Shown here one piece after another: positions 38,319-48,598 of a DNA stretch of 63,794 nt. Positions within the stretch are counted from its first letter, which is position 1. Each line of letters opens with the position of its first letter. Both the position numbers and the translations under genes were made by a program. The stretch spans positions 1 to 63,794 of the forward strand of contig JAYOTF010000019.1 in the NCBI GenBank assembly GCA_038150265.1, given 5' to 3'. This DNA comes from Deltaproteobacteria bacterium. GTDB taxonomy: Bacteria; SAR324; NAC60-12. A model generated the notes under the pieces. The model was not told where the DNA came from, made no database searches, and saw nothing but the letters and a program-made list of their open reading frames with translations.

Positions 38319-39718
38319 CCCTGAGCAGGAGGCTGGAGAGGAACCTGAATCCGGAAGGTGGTGCCCTGGCCGACTTCTGATTCGCAGGTGAGGGTGCCCC
38401 CGAGGTTCTTGACGATGCCCTGGCAGATGGAAAGGCCCAGTCCGGTGCCCTGGCCCACCGGTTTGGTGGTGTAAAAAGCCGTGAAGATGTGAGCGCGGAT
38501 GGCTTCCGGAATTCCGGGACCGTTGTCACGGACCTGCAACTCCAGCAGCGGCGGGTCGGTTTTCAGAAGCTGAGCGGAGAGCGTAATGGCTCCACCTCCG
38601 CTTTCTCCCAGCGCATCTCGCGCATTCCCCAGCAGGTTCAACAGCACCTGCTCCAGGCGTCCGGGGTTGCCCTGCAGCTCGGGAAGGTCGTCGGGAATCT
38701 CCAGCTCCAGAGCAATGCTGGCGCGGTGGAGGGAGTGCCGGAGCAGGAGCAGAGCGCCCTCAATGGGCTGCCGAAGCGAGTAGGCCTGCGTGCCTCCGGA
38801 ATCGGAGCGTCCGAAGCTGCGCAGGTGGTGGACAATGTCTGAAATGCGCTCCGCCTGCTGCAGTCCCTGCTGGAGGCTTTCGCGAAACTCGTGCTCCTCC
38901 GGCATCTTCCCACGCTGCAGACGCAGGGACCAGAGGTCCATCACCCCCCGGAGGTAGGCCATCGGGTTGTTGATCTCATGGGCAATGCTGGCAGAGGTTT
39001 CCCCCAGCATGGCCAGTTTCGACTGCTCCATCATCTTCAGCTCATCCTCGCGCCGGGCTTCAGCGAGCTGCTTCTGCAACTCGGCCTCCTGGCGCCTCTC
39101 ATACTCCCGCTTCAGACGGTTCTGGTTCTCATGTCGCTCAATTTCCAGAAACCAGATGATCGCGATCACCGTCAGCATGTAGATGAGGGGCAATTGCTCA
39201 ACGCCGGTCTCCACCCCCTTCACCAGGGTGACCGGAATTTCTCCCCATGTGGCTTCATAGATCTGAAACCCATAGGTCACCCCTGCCATTGAAAACACCG
39301 CCACCAGCCCCCAACCGACTCCCAACGCCAGGGACATCATGAGCGGAAAGGTGATCAGGCGTTCCGGAATGGGCTCTCCGCCGATGCGCCAGGAGTGCAG
39401 CGCATAGGTCACCAGGGGAATGAAAAACATCACCCACCCCAAAAGGTACTGCCCGTGCCGCGTCTTCCGGACGCTGATCAGGCTAACGAGGTAGAGGCCC
39501 GCGAAGAACAGGGTCGCAACCGATCCTGGTGTGAAGTATCCCACCTGAGAGGCCAGGATGCTGGCGATGGCCACATACACCACCACCATCCCCAGGCTCA
39601 TGACCAGCTGGACCCGGATGCGGCGTTGCCGTTCTCGGTCGTGTTGCGAAAAATCAGGGGGCAGGAAGAAGTTAACGGTTCCCCAAAAGCGGGAGGGAAG
39701 GCGTCCAGTGTAAACCAT
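38315..39718 (-). CDS. Membrane sensor histidine kinase (NtrB/DctB-type transmitter)
   Basis: About 6 N-terminal TM helices, AHEINNP H-box, NLLGNA, DNGPG, FYTTK, GTGLGL. Confidence 0.88.
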   Translation of the reverse strand: MVYTGRLPSRFWGTVNFFLPPDFSQHDRERQRRIRVQLVMSLGMVVVYVAIASILASQVGYFTPGSVATLFFAGLYLVSLISVRKTRHGQYLLGWVMFFIPLVTYALHSWRIGGEPIPERLITFPLMMSLALGVGWGLVAVFSMAGVTYGFQIYEATWGEIPVTLVKGVETGVEQLPLIYMLTVIAIIWFLEIERHENQNRLKREYERRQEAELQKQLAEARREDELKMMEQSKLAMLGETSASIAHEINNPMAYLRGVMDLWSLRLQRGKMPEEHEFRESLQQGLQQAERISDIVHHLRSFGRSDSGGTQAYSLRQPIEGALLLLRHSLHRASIALELEIPDDLPELQGNPGRLEQVLLNLLGNARDALGESGGGAITLSAQLLKTDPPLLELQVRDNGPGIPEAIRAHIFTAFYTTKPVGQGTGLGLSICQGIVKNLGGTLTCESEVGQGTTFRIQVPLQPPAQG

Positions 39719-39739
39719 GATCAAGTGCTGAAAATGCGT

Positions 39740-40636
39740 TCAGGTGGGCAAGCCCGAGCGTCTGGATGATTCAGAATGAAGCCGCTTGGCCGCTTCGACC
39801 GTATTGGCCAGGAGCAGGGTCACGGTAAGGGGACCCACTCCACCAGGAACGGGGGTCAGGAGCGAGGCGAGGGGCTCGACCTCTGCAAAAACGACATCTC
39901 CGGCGAGCCGGTACCCTTTGGGCTGAGTGGGGTCGTCCAGGTACGTCAGCCCCACGTCGATGACAACGGCTCCGGGCTGGATCATGTGGCCCCGGATCAA
40001 TCCGGGAACGCCGGTGGCACTGATCAGGATTTCCGCGTTTCGGGTGTGAAGGGCCAGGTCTTGGGTGTGCGAGTGGCAGAGCGTCACGGTGGCGTGCTGG
40101 TTCGTCAGCAGGTGCGCCAGGGGACGTCCCACCAGCGCGCTGCGCCCCACGACCGTTACCCGTGCGCCCGGGAGCACCACCTCGTGGTGTTCCAAAATCT
40201 TCAGGACCCCGAGAGGGGTGCAGGGGACAAAGCGTGGGCGTCCCTGAGCGAGCAGTCCGGCATTGATGGGGTGCAGGCCATCGACGTCCTTCTCCGGAGG
40301 CAACAGGGAGAGCACCCGGTCGGTGTCCATTCCCCCTGGCAGGGGCAACTGGCAGAGGACGCCGTGGACGTCCGGAGCCGCTCCCAGCGCCTGGAGCAGG
40401 CCTTCAAGGTGGGCTTGGGGAACCGTCGCAGGGAGGTGGTGATCGACCACCTGCAGGCCCACCGATTCTGCGAGCTTGCGCTTGGAGGCCACAAAGCGAG
40501 ACGATTCCGCATGCTCTCCCACCTGAACCAGGGCCAGGGTGGGGCGGACTCCTTGCTGCTGCAACTGCGCCACTTCTTCCCTGATTTCAAGGAGCAGCTT
40601 TTCCTTGATGTCTTTTCCTGAAACAATTTTAGCCAT
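39740..40636 (-). CDS. folD: Methylenetetrahydrofolate dehydrogenase/cyclohydrolase
   Basis: QLPLP, KDVDG, PCTP, GRSALVGRP, TPVPGGVGPLT. Confidence 0.95.
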   Translation of the reverse strand: MAKIVSGKDIKEKLLLEIREEVAQLQQQGVRPTLALVQVGEHAESSRFVASKRKLAESVGLQVVDHHLPATVPQAHLEGLLQALGAAPDVHGVLCQLPLPGGMDTDRVLSLLPPEKDVDGLHPINAGLLAQGRPRFVPCTPLGVLKILEHHEVVLPGARVTVVGRSALVGRPLAHLLTNQHATVTLCHSHTQDLALHTRNAEILISATGVPGLIRGHMIQPGAVVIDVGLTYLDDPTQPKGYRLAGDVVFAEVEPLASLLTPVPGGVGPLTVTLLLANTVEAAKRLHSESSRRSGLPT

Positions 40637-40704
40637 ACGGTTTCGTTTTTTGGTTTTTTTCAGACCCTCTGCTAGACTTGCACTCAAAATGGTATGGGAA
40701 GGAA

Positions 40705-41733
40705 ATGCAACAGGTAATGGAACAACTGGATGAGTGGCACCGCAAACAAGGTGCGGTTCTCAAGGAGATGGATGGCTACAACGTAATCCAGCGCTACGGT
40801 AGCAATTCCACGGAAGAAATCAACGCTTTGTTGGATGCCTGTGGCGCACGGGACCAAAAAGCCCGCTGGTTACTGGCGGTGGAGGGGCCCGATGCGGCCA
40901 CTTACCTGCAGGGGCTGGTGACCCAGGATGCTGTTGCGCAGCCGCTGGGAACGGTCCAACCCGCGCTCATTTGTGAGACCAAGGGAAAAATTCAGCACCG
41001 GATTGAACTGCTCCGGGCGAGGGCATCGGAGTTCTGGATCAGCTGTGAGCCTGGAGAAGGCATGGCCGTTGGGCGACTCCTGGATCAGTTTCACATTCGC
41101 GAAGACGTCTCCTTTTCACTGAAGTCGAAGACGCATTTCCGCATCGACCTGGTGGGCCCCAGGGCTCCGGAAGTTTCTCAGGGCCTGGACGCCCCGGCCT
41201 CGTGGTTTGCTGGAACCTTCGGGACGCTGCCGCTGCAGGTGGCCGTGGTGCCGCTTGAGTCCGGAGTGTCCTTCCTGGAAGCCCTGCAGGCGCAGGCGTC
41301 CTGGACGGGAGACGAGGCCTGGGACGCGGTTCGCATTCACGAAGGCCTCCCGCGCTTTGGCGTGGAGTATGGCGCGGGACAATTTGCCCAGGAAGCCGGT
41401 TTGGGCGACCACATTTCCTACACCAAAGGATGTTACATTGGCCAGGAACCGAACGCACGCATGTATCACCGCGGGCGTCCGAACTGGCAGCTTTCCGGAG
41501 TGAAGCTTCCGCTGACCCTTCACCCGGAACTCCCCAGCCCCTTGCTTCATGAAGGGGAGGTCTGTGGCGAAGTCCGGAGCCTCTCGGTTGTGAAGGATGG
41601 GGACTTTCACCGAGGAATCGCCTGGGTCCGCCTGGCGGTCGCAGAGGCGCTCCCAAGCCTGACGCTGGCTGCTCATCCGGATGTGTCGATTCCCTCCTTC
41701 CCACTTTTGCATCGGATTGCACGTCCGTCCTGA
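40705..41733 (+). CDS. ygfZ: Folate-binding Fe-S repair protein YgfZ/GcvT family
   Basis: GPDA..YLQG..TQD and the KGCYIGQE signature. Confidence 0.85.
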   Translation: MQQVMEQLDEWHRKQGAVLKEMDGYNVIQRYGSNSTEEINALLDACGARDQKARWLLAVEGPDAATYLQGLVTQDAVAQPLGTVQPALICETKGKIQHRIELLRARASEFWISCEPGEGMAVGRLLDQFHIREDVSFSLKSKTHFRIDLVGPRAPEVSQGLDAPASWFAGTFGTLPLQVAVVPLESGVSFLEALQAQASWTGDEAWDAVRIHEGLPRFGVEYGAGQFAQEAGLGDHISYTKGCYIGQEPNARMYHRGRPNWQLSGVKLPLTLHPELPSPLLHEGEVCGEVRSLSVVKDGDFHRGIAWVRLAVAEALPSLTLAAHPDVSIPSFPLLHRIARPS

Positions 41734-41884
41734 TGCCTCTGCTTCAAACAGACCATGACGACTCACACGGTTTCTCGATTCCCTGTTCCAGCACCCATTC
41801 CGATGGGCTGCTTCACTGGCCTTGCGCTTGTGGCGGTTGCGACCGCGTTTCTCTGGCTTCTCCTCTAAACAGGTGCCCTAAACA

Positions 41885-42322
41885 ATGAGTGACGAAACTC
41901 CCCTTTCTTTTGTCAAGGACCGCCGGTTGCGCGAAAACCCAACCGAGTTGGGATCGGTCGCCTTCTCCAAGGAGTCCGATGGGCGGGACGACTCCCTGTC
42001 CTCGATGCGTGAGCACACGCAGAAGCAACTCGAGCATCTGCAGGAACAGGCCGATCTGCTGGTGCAGCAGGCCCAGCAGATTGAGGAACGCATGCACCTG
42101 GCGGAGCGCATCCACCGGGCGCGCTACAGCTTTCGGCCGGTGTTCCTCAAGCCGTACCACCTGTATGAAAATGAGAAGGGGGAGTTGACCCTGACCCTGA
42201 TTGGTCCCGACGAGTGGCCTTCGGGTTGCCCGTATGGAGCCTTTCAATTGACCGTCCGGCAACTGGGTGACAGCACCTGGGAGCCGGTTGAAGACGCCCC
42301 GGAGGAGGAAGACGAAGAATGA
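41885..42322 (+). CDS. Conserved hypothetical protein (DUF2452-like)
   Basis: Coiled-coil followed by YSFRPV..YHLY..LIGPDEW..DSTW. Confidence 0.55.
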   Translation: MSDETPLSFVKDRRLRENPTELGSVAFSKESDGRDDSLSSMREHTQKQLEHLQEQADLLVQQAQQIEERMHLAERIHRARYSFRPVFLKPYHLYENEKGELTLTLIGPDEWPSGCPYGAFQLTVRQLGDSTWEPVEDAPEEEDEE

Positions 42323-43269
42323 TGCTGAGCCTCAAGCACCTGTCGGTGGAGTTCCGGACCGCCAGTGGCTGGTTCCGAGCCGTCGATGACGTGAGCCTGG
42401 AAATGGAACCCGGAGAAGTGGTGGCCGTGGTGGGGGAATCCGGCTCGGGAAAAAGCGTGGCCATGCTGGCCCTGATGGGACTGCTGCCGTGGACCGCGAA
42501 GGTCACCGCAGAGGAGATGTCCTTCAACGGAACGGACCTCCGCCAGCTGTCGGCAAAGGCCCGGCGCCAGATCATTGGCAAGGACATCACCATGATCTTC
42601 CAGGAGCCCATGACCAGCCTGAACCCCTGCTTCACCGTCGGTTTTCAGATCAAGGAAGCGCTCAAGACGCACCTGGGGCTGAGTGCTGCGGAGCGACAGA
42701 AACGAGCGGTCGAGCTGCTGGGCCTCGTGGGCATTCCGAGCCCGGAAGCCCGGCTGAAGGCCTTTCCGCACCAGCTTTCCGGTGGCATGAGCCAGCGGGT
42801 GATGATCGCCATGGCCATTGCGTGTCGGCCCAAGCTGCTGATTGCCGATGAACCGACCACAGCGCTGGATGTGACCATTCAGGCGCAAATCCTGGAACTC
42901 CTCCTTGACCTGCAGCGCGAGCAGGGCATGGGCCTGGTGCTGATCACGCACGACATGGGGGTGGTGGCCGAGACGGCCCAGCGGGTGTTTGTCCAGTATG
43001 CAGGACAGCAGGTGGAGTCCCAGCCGGTCCGGAGCCTCTTTCAGAATCCACGGCACCCGTACACCGAGGCGCTGCTCAAGGCCCTTCCGGAGCGGACCGA
43101 TGGCAAACGCCTGCACTCGATTCCAGGAGTGGTGCCAGGGCAACTGGACCGCCCACAGGGCTGCCTCTTTCACCCACGCTGTGCGCATGCGCAGGAGCGC
43201 TGTCGGCAGGAGTCGCCTGCGCCACACAACGGAGTCCTCTGCCACTTTCCGCTGCAGGAGGTGGCATGA
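42319..43269 (+). CDS. dppD: Dipeptide/oligopeptide ABC ATPase DppD
   Basis: [34 protein letters not shown]. Confidence 0.88.
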   Translation: MMLSLKHLSVEFRTASGWFRAVDDVSLEMEPGEVVAVVGESGSGKSVAMLALMGLLPWTAKVTAEEMSFNGTDLRQLSAKARRQIIGKDITMIFQEPMTSLNPCFTVGFQIKEALKTHLGLSAAERQKRAVELLGLVGIPSPEARLKAFPHQLSGGMSQRVMIAMAIACRPKLLIADEPTTALDVTIQAQILELLLDLQREQGMGLVLITHDMGVVAETAQRVFVQYAGQQVESQPVRSLFQNPRHPYTEALLKALPERTDGKRLHSIPGVVPGQLDRPQGCLFHPRCAHAQERCRQESPAPHNGVLCHFPLQEVA

Positions 43270-44246
43270 CGCTCGTTTTGGAAGCGGAAGACCTCCGCAA
43301 GCACTACCCCGTCCGGCAAGGGGTCTTTGAGCCACCGGCGCTGGTGAAGGCCCTGGATGGCGCCAGCTTCCGGCTGGAGTCGGGAAAGACGCTGGCCGTG
43401 GTGGGAGAGTCCGGATGCGGGAAGTCCACGCTGGCCCGCTTGGTGACGCTGATTGAAGAGCCCACGGCCGGGACGCTCAAGCTGGTCAACCAATCCGTCC
43501 AGGCTCCTGATGCCGAGACCCTCCGGATGCTGCGGCAGTCGGTGCAGATTGTCTTTCAGGATCCCTACGGCTCGCTCAATCCGCGGCAGAAGATCCGGAC
43601 CATGCTGGAGGAGCCGCTGAAGATCAACACGAACCAGACCCCTGAGCAGCGTCAGGCGGCGGTGCGAGAGATGATGGAGATCGTTGGCCTCCGTCCGGAA
43701 CACGCGGAGCGCTACCCGCACATGTTTTCCGGGGGACAGCGACAGCGGATCGCCATTGCCCGGGCGCTGATGCTGCGTCCGAAGGTGGTGGTGCTGGATG
43801 AGCCGGTGAGCGCCCTGGATGTCTCCATTCAGGCACAGGTGCTCAACCTGCTCACCGATTTGCAGAATGAGCTGGACCTCGCCTACCTCTTCATCAGCCA
43901 CGACCTTTCCGTGGTCAAGCACATTGCCGATGAGGTGATGGTCATGTACCTCGGCCACGTGGTCGAGCAGGGCTCTGCGGAAGAGGTCTTTGAACGGCCC
44001 CGGCACCCCTACACGCAGGCGCTGCTTTCTGCCACACCGGTCGCCGATCCGGAGCGCACGCGCAACCGCATTCGCCTCTCAGGCGAGCTGCCCTCGCCGC
44101 TCAACCCACCGACCGGGTGCGCGTTTCACACCCGGTGCCCCTATGCTGAAGCCGCCTGCCGTGAAGCCGTTCCGGCGCTCCGTCCGTATCAGCAAAGCTG
44201 GGTGGCGTGTCACCGTGCCGAATCCCTTGACGCCATTCCCGCATGA
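43266..44246 (+). CDS. dppF: Dipeptide/oligopeptide ABC ATPase DppF
   Basis: [29 protein letters not shown]. Confidence 0.88.
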   Translation: MTLVLEAEDLRKHYPVRQGVFEPPALVKALDGASFRLESGKTLAVVGESGCGKSTLARLVTLIEEPTAGTLKLVNQSVQAPDAETLRMLRQSVQIVFQDPYGSLNPRQKIRTMLEEPLKINTNQTPEQRQAAVREMMEIVGLRPEHAERYPHMFSGGQRQRIAIARALMLRPKVVVLDEPVSALDVSIQAQVLNLLTDLQNELDLAYLFISHDLSVVKHIADEVMVMYLGHVVEQGSAEEVFERPRHPYTQALLSATPVADPERTRNRIRLSGELPSPLNPPTGCAFHTRCPYAEAACREAVPALRPYQQSWVACHRAESLDAIPA

Positions 44247-44554
44247 CGTACCAGTTTGTCCACGAGCTTTCCGATGAGGCGGTCGCTGCCGAGGTGCAAC
44301 GGCAGCCCCTGCTGCTGGCGCAGGTCCTCAAGCTGCTGGCGACCGCATCAGAGCGCTGGCCTGAGCTGCTCAAGCTGGATGCGGTGCTGGTGACCAAGCT
44401 GTACATGGATTTTTGTGTCCGGGAACTCCGGACCACGACTTTTGACGCCTGTCTGGAGGCTCCCGAGTGTCCGGACCTGGAAGAAACCCTGCAGGGCATG
44501 GAGGAAGAACTGCAGCGTCAACACGCCGGAGGCGCGTGGTGGGACGCTTACTAA
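44243..44554 (+). CDS. Hypothetical protein (103 aa)
   Basis: ATGA overlap with dppF and genome-typical codon usage. Confidence 0.55.
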   Translation: MTYQFVHELSDEAVAAEVQRQPLLLAQVLKLLATASERWPELLKLDAVLVTKLYMDFCVRELRTTTFDACLEAPECPDLEETLQGMEEELQRQHAGGAWWDAY

Positions 44555-44743
44555 ACTGACAAAAATCCCACTTTTCCTGCCATTTTTGACCCTCCAGAAA
44601 TTTTTTCTGCGAGTTCTGATTTCTTTGAAAACACTTTCTGAACCCCCTCCGTTATCATCCCCCCCTAGTCCTAACAGAAGGCATCCCCTTCTCAAATAGA
44701 CGAGGCTGTCTCGCGACCGAATGTCTGACCCAACGCCTGCATC

Positions 44744-45520
44744 ATGATCCGAATTTCGGAAGTTTCCAAATCCTTCGGAAGTCTTCAAGTCCTCAATAAC
44801 CTCAGCTTTGACGTCAAGGCGGGAGAGAAGCTGGCGTTGATTGGTCCCAGTGGTTCCGGAAAAACGACCATCCTCCGCATTCTGATGACACTGGAGAGCA
44901 TTGACTCTGGAGTGATCATGGTGGAAGACGAGCCCCTCTGGCACATGCCGGGCGCTGGCGGACAGCTGGTTCCCGCCAGCGAAGCCCACCTGCACCACAT
45001 GCGGTCCAAGATCGGAATGGTGTTTCAGCTCTTCAACCTCTTCCCGCACATGACCGTGCTCCGGAACATCACGGCTGCTCCGATGCTGACGCAGGGCGTG
45101 CCGCAGGCGGAGGCGGAGCAAAAGGCCCGCGAGCTGCTGGAGCTGGTGGGGCTCGCTGACAAGGCGGACGCCAAGCCGGCTCAGCTTTCCGGAGGACAGA
45201 AGCAACGGGTGGCCATTGCCCGAGCCCTTGCTCTGCGTCCGAAGATCATGCTCTTTGACGAAGTGACCTCTGCACTGGATCCGGAGTTGGTGGAGGAGGT
45301 GCTGAACGTCCTGCGCCGGTTGGGCGAGGAAACCGACATGACCATGCTGCTGGTCACTCACGAGATGCAGTTTGCCCGAGACTTTGCCGACCGCGTCCTC
45401 TTCTTTGATGGAGGACGGATTGTGGAGCAAGGGCCTCCGGAGAAAATCTTTTCTGATCCCCAAGAAGAGCGCACCCAAGCGTTCTTGAAAAAAGTCATTG
45501 CCGCCGGACTTGCCGTCTGA
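44744..45520 (+). CDS. ehuA: Ectoine/hydroxyectoine ABC ATPase
   Basis: GPSGSGKTTILRILMTLE, polar amino-acid ABC motifs, operon context. Confidence 0.9.
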   Translation: MIRISEVSKSFGSLQVLNNLSFDVKAGEKLALIGPSGSGKTTILRILMTLESIDSGVIMVEDEPLWHMPGAGGQLVPASEAHLHHMRSKIGMVFQLFNLFPHMTVLRNITAAPMLTQGVPQAEAEQKARELLELVGLADKADAKPAQLSGGQKQRVAIARALALRPKIMLFDEVTSALDPELVEEVLNVLRRLGEETDMTMLLVTHEMQFARDFADRVLFFDGGRIVEQGPPEKIFSDPQEERTQAFLKKVIAAGLAV

Positions 45521-45560
45521 GCGCAGTGGCGCCTGTCAATCCTGAAGACAATGGAGACTC

Positions 45561-46433
45561 ATGAAGACTCTGAAAAAAATCAGTCACGCCTTCTTTCGTG
45601 CCTCAGTGGCGGCCCTGCTGGTCGGAAGCCTGACCAGCGTGTTCTCGGCCAACCCGGTGCAGGCCGACACCCTGGAGCGCCTTCGTGAGCAGGGATTCGT
45701 CCGCATCGCGATTGCAAATGAGCCCCCGTGGACGGCGGTGAACTCGGACGGAACCGTTTCGGGCGCAGCTCCGGAAGTGGCCCGAGCGGTCATGAAGCGC
45801 CTCGGCGTTTCCGACCTGAGCGCCAGCATCTCGGAGTACGGCGCCATGATTCCGGGACTCCAGGCCCGTCGCTTTGACCTGGTCACCGCCGGGCTGTTCA
45901 TCAAGCCGGAGCGCTGTGCAGCCGTGATCTTCTCGGAGCCAGACCTGTGTGACGGGGAGGCGTTTGCGGTGAAGAAGGGCAACCCGCTCAGCATCAAGAG
46001 CTACGAAGACCTCGCCAACCACAGCTCCGTCAAGGTGGGCGCCCCTGGTGGCGGAACCGAGGAGCGCATGGCGCTCGAAGCCGGGGTGCCGCGCAACCGC
46101 GTGATCGTGGTCCCGGATGCCCAGTCTGGCATCAACATGCTCCAAGACGGGCGGATTGACGTGTACGCGCTGCCGTTCCTGTCCATTTCGGACCTGCTGG
46201 AGAAGGCCAACGATCCGAACCTCGAGATGGTGGCTCCGCTGCCCAACACGCCGATCTACTGCGCGGGTGCCGCGTTCAACAAGAACGACACCGCCTTCCG
46301 TGACGCCTACAACAAGGAGTTGGCCGCACTGAAAGCCAGTGGGGAGTTCGACAAGATTGTTGAGCCGTTCGGCTTCAATGCGCAACTGGCCAAGATGCAG
46401 ACGATGGACAATCTCTGCTCCGGCAAAAACTAA
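45561..46433 (+). CDS. ehuB: Ectoine/hydroxyectoine binding protein
   Basis: Signal peptide, IANEPPW, EYGAMIPGL, GLFIKPERC. Confidence 0.9.
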   Translation: MKTLKKISHAFFRASVAALLVGSLTSVFSANPVQADTLERLREQGFVRIAIANEPPWTAVNSDGTVSGAAPEVARAVMKRLGVSDLSASISEYGAMIPGLQARRFDLVTAGLFIKPERCAAVIFSEPDLCDGEAFAVKKGNPLSIKSYEDLANHSSVKVGAPGGGTEERMALEAGVPRNRVIVVPDAQSGINMLQDGRIDVYALPFLSISDLLEKANDPNLEMVAPLPNTPIYCAGAAFNKNDTAFRDAYNKELAALKASGEFDKIVEPFGFNAQLAKMQTMDNLCSGKN

Positions 46434-46439
46434 GGCCTC

Positions 46440-46462
46440 TGGGCGTCTCTGAGAGGCGCCCA
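46440..46462 (+). promoter_or_regulatory. Intercistronic hairpin after ehuB (mRNA stabiliser or attenuator)
   Basis: TGGGCGTCTC-TGA-GAGGCGCCCA stem-loop. Confidence 0.4.
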
Positions 46463-46482
46463 CGGGTTGTTCCGGAACCTCA

Positions 46483-47139
46483 ATGAACTCTTCAAGCTAC
46501 CTCGGATTGATCCTTCAGGGCGCTCTGACCACCGTCCAGCTGACGGTGGCAGGATGCCTGCTGGCGCTGATGATGGCCTTTGTGGCCGGACTGGCGCGCC
46601 TGTCGCCTCTGGGCCTCTTCCGGGGGTTGGCCACGATGTACATTGAGTTCTTCCGGGGCACGTCCATCTTCGTCCAGCTGTTCTGGGCGTACTTTGTGTT
46701 GCCCCTGATCGGGTTGCCGCTGAGTCCGTTTTTTGCCGGAGTGCTGGCGCTGGGACTGAACGTCGGAGCCTACGGTGCCGAGGTGGTCCGGGGGGCGATT
46801 CTGACCATTCCGAAGGAGCAGCATGAGGCCTGTGTGGCCCTCAACCTGAGTCGCTGGCAGAAGATGCGTTACGTGATTCTGCCTCAGGCCACCTTGCTCA
46901 TGCTTCCCACCTTTGGCAACAATGCCATTGAGCTGCTCAAGGGCACGGCAGTGGTTTCCTTGATCTCCATTGCCGACATGACCTTTCAGGCTCAGGTGGT
47001 CCGCTCTCAAACAGGAGACACCACCTTCCCCTTCCTGACGATCCTCCTGCTGTATTTTTTGATCTCTCTGGTCATTTCTCGAAGCATCCGGGCTCTGGAG
47101 CAGCGGATGTCTCAGGGAATGGACCTGTCTCGAGTTTAG
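46483..47139 (+). CDS. ehuC: Ectoine ABC permease
   Basis: YIEFFRGTS, AYGAEVVRGA, operon context. Confidence 0.88.
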   Translation: MNSSSYLGLILQGALTTVQLTVAGCLLALMMAFVAGLARLSPLGLFRGLATMYIEFFRGTSIFVQLFWAYFVLPLIGLPLSPFFAGVLALGLNVGAYGAEVVRGAILTIPKEQHEACVALNLSRWQKMRYVILPQATLLMLPTFGNNAIELLKGTAVVSLISIADMTFQAQVVRSQTGDTTFPFLTILLLYFLISLVISRSIRALEQRMSQGMDLSRV

Positions 47140-47151
47140 GAGCGCACAACG

Positions 47152-47811
47152 ATGGAATGGGATTGGGCTTTTGTGCAGGAAATCCTTCCGCAGCTGCTGG
47201 AAGGGGTGGTCATCACCATTCAGGCCTCGCTGCTGGGAAGCCTCGTGGCCATGGCCCTCGGGCTGGGGCTGGCGATCCTGCGCCGCAGCCGCAGTTACGG
47301 CATCCGGACCGCCACCTGGTGGTTCCTTGAGTTTGTCCGGGGGACGCCGTTGCTGGTGCAGCTGTACTTCCTCTTTTACGTCCTCCCAGACGTGGGCATC
47401 ATCCTCAGCCCGCTGGTGACCGGAGTCATTGGGCTGGGGCTGCATTACAGCGCCTACACGGCCGAGGTGTACCGAGCGGGCATTGAGAACGTCTCCCGGG
47501 GGCAGTGGGAAGCCGCCAAGGCCTGCAACTTCACCGAGCGGCAGACGTGGATTCATGTCATTTTGCCCCAAGCGGTGCCTCCGATGATTCCTGCGTTGGC
47601 CAACTACTTTGTGGCCATGTTCAAGGAAACGCCTCTGCTTTCTGCCGTGACGGTGCTGGAGCTGATGAATCAGGCCCGGAGCATTGCCAATTACACCTAC
47701 CGGTACCTGGAGCCAATGACCCTGGTGGGCGCATTCTTCCTCATCATTTCGGTTCCGGCCGTCATGGCCCTGCGTCGGCTGGAACGCCGCTACTCACGCA
47801 TTCCACAATAA
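47152..47811 (+). CDS. ehuD: Ectoine ABC permease
   Basis: MEWDW N-terminus, EFVRGTPLLVQ, AEVYRAG. Confidence 0.88.
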   Translation: MEWDWAFVQEILPQLLEGVVITIQASLLGSLVAMALGLGLAILRRSRSYGIRTATWWFLEFVRGTPLLVQLYFLFYVLPDVGIILSPLVTGVIGLGLHYSAYTAEVYRAGIENVSRGQWEAAKACNFTERQTWIHVILPQAVPPMIPALANYFVAMFKETPLLSAVTVLELMNQARSIANYTYRYLEPMTLVGAFFLIISVPAVMALRRLERRYSRIPQ

Positions 47812-47827
47812 TCAACACAGGAGGAAG

Positions 47828-48598
47828 ATGAGTCTGAATGGTGCCTTTCGGGAGTTCACGCTGGAGCCTCGACCGGTTCCCAAGCGCATCGGACTCATCG
47901 CCCTGGCGACCGATCACACCTCGGAGCGCGACTTTGCACGCCTGTGTGACCCCGACGAGGTGGGCGTGTACGTCAACCGCATCACCTACGAAAACCCGAC
48001 CACGGTGGAGAACCTTCGGCAAACGGGCCCCCGCTTGACCGCCGCTGCCGAGAACCTGCTCCCCGGCGAGCCTCTGGACGTGGTGGCGTTTGGCTGCACG
48101 GCGGCATCGGTGGTGCTCGGGCACGACGGAGTCGCGGGAGCGATCCGGCAAGCCAAGCCGGAGGCTGCCTGCGTGACCCCGGTCTCCGGAGCGCTCGAGG
48201 CCTTCCGGGCCCTTGGCGTGCGACGCCTTTCCGTCCTCACCCCCTATACGGAAGCCGTGACGCGGGAGCTGATGGAGGCCTTTGAGGAAGCCGGGCTGGA
48301 GCTGCTCAACACCGCTTACCTGGATCTGGAAGACGACCGTGAGATCGCCCGGGTTTCCTACCAGACCATTGAAGAAGCCGGAGCTGCGGCGCTCCATCCG
48401 GAAGCCGAGGCGCTGTTCCTCTCCTGCACGGCGCTGCGCGCGCTCCCCTGTGTGCCACAACTGGAAGCCGCCGGAGGACGTCCGGTGGTGACCAGCAACC
48501 AGGCGGTGATCTGGGCGTGCCTGCGTGCCTGCGGACTCAACCACGCGTTGCCGTATGGCCAACTCTTCAACCTCCCGCACCCCACTTTTTCGGCATGA
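47828..48598 (+). CDS. eutA: Ectoine utilisation protein EutA (Asp/Glu racemase-maleate isomerase family)
   Basis: IGLIALATDHTSERDF, FGCTAAS, FLSCTALR, VTSNQA. Confidence 0.88.
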   Translation: MSLNGAFREFTLEPRPVPKRIGLIALATDHTSERDFARLCDPDEVGVYVNRITYENPTTVENLRQTGPRLTAAAENLLPGEPLDVVAFGCTAASVVLGHDGVAGAIRQAKPEAACVTPVSGALEAFRALGVRRLSVLTPYTEAVTRELMEAFEEAGLELLNTAYLDLEDDREIARVSYQTIEEAGAAALHPEAEALFLSCTALRALPCVPQLEAAGGRPVVTSNQAVIWACLRACGLNHALPYGQLFNLPHPTFSA

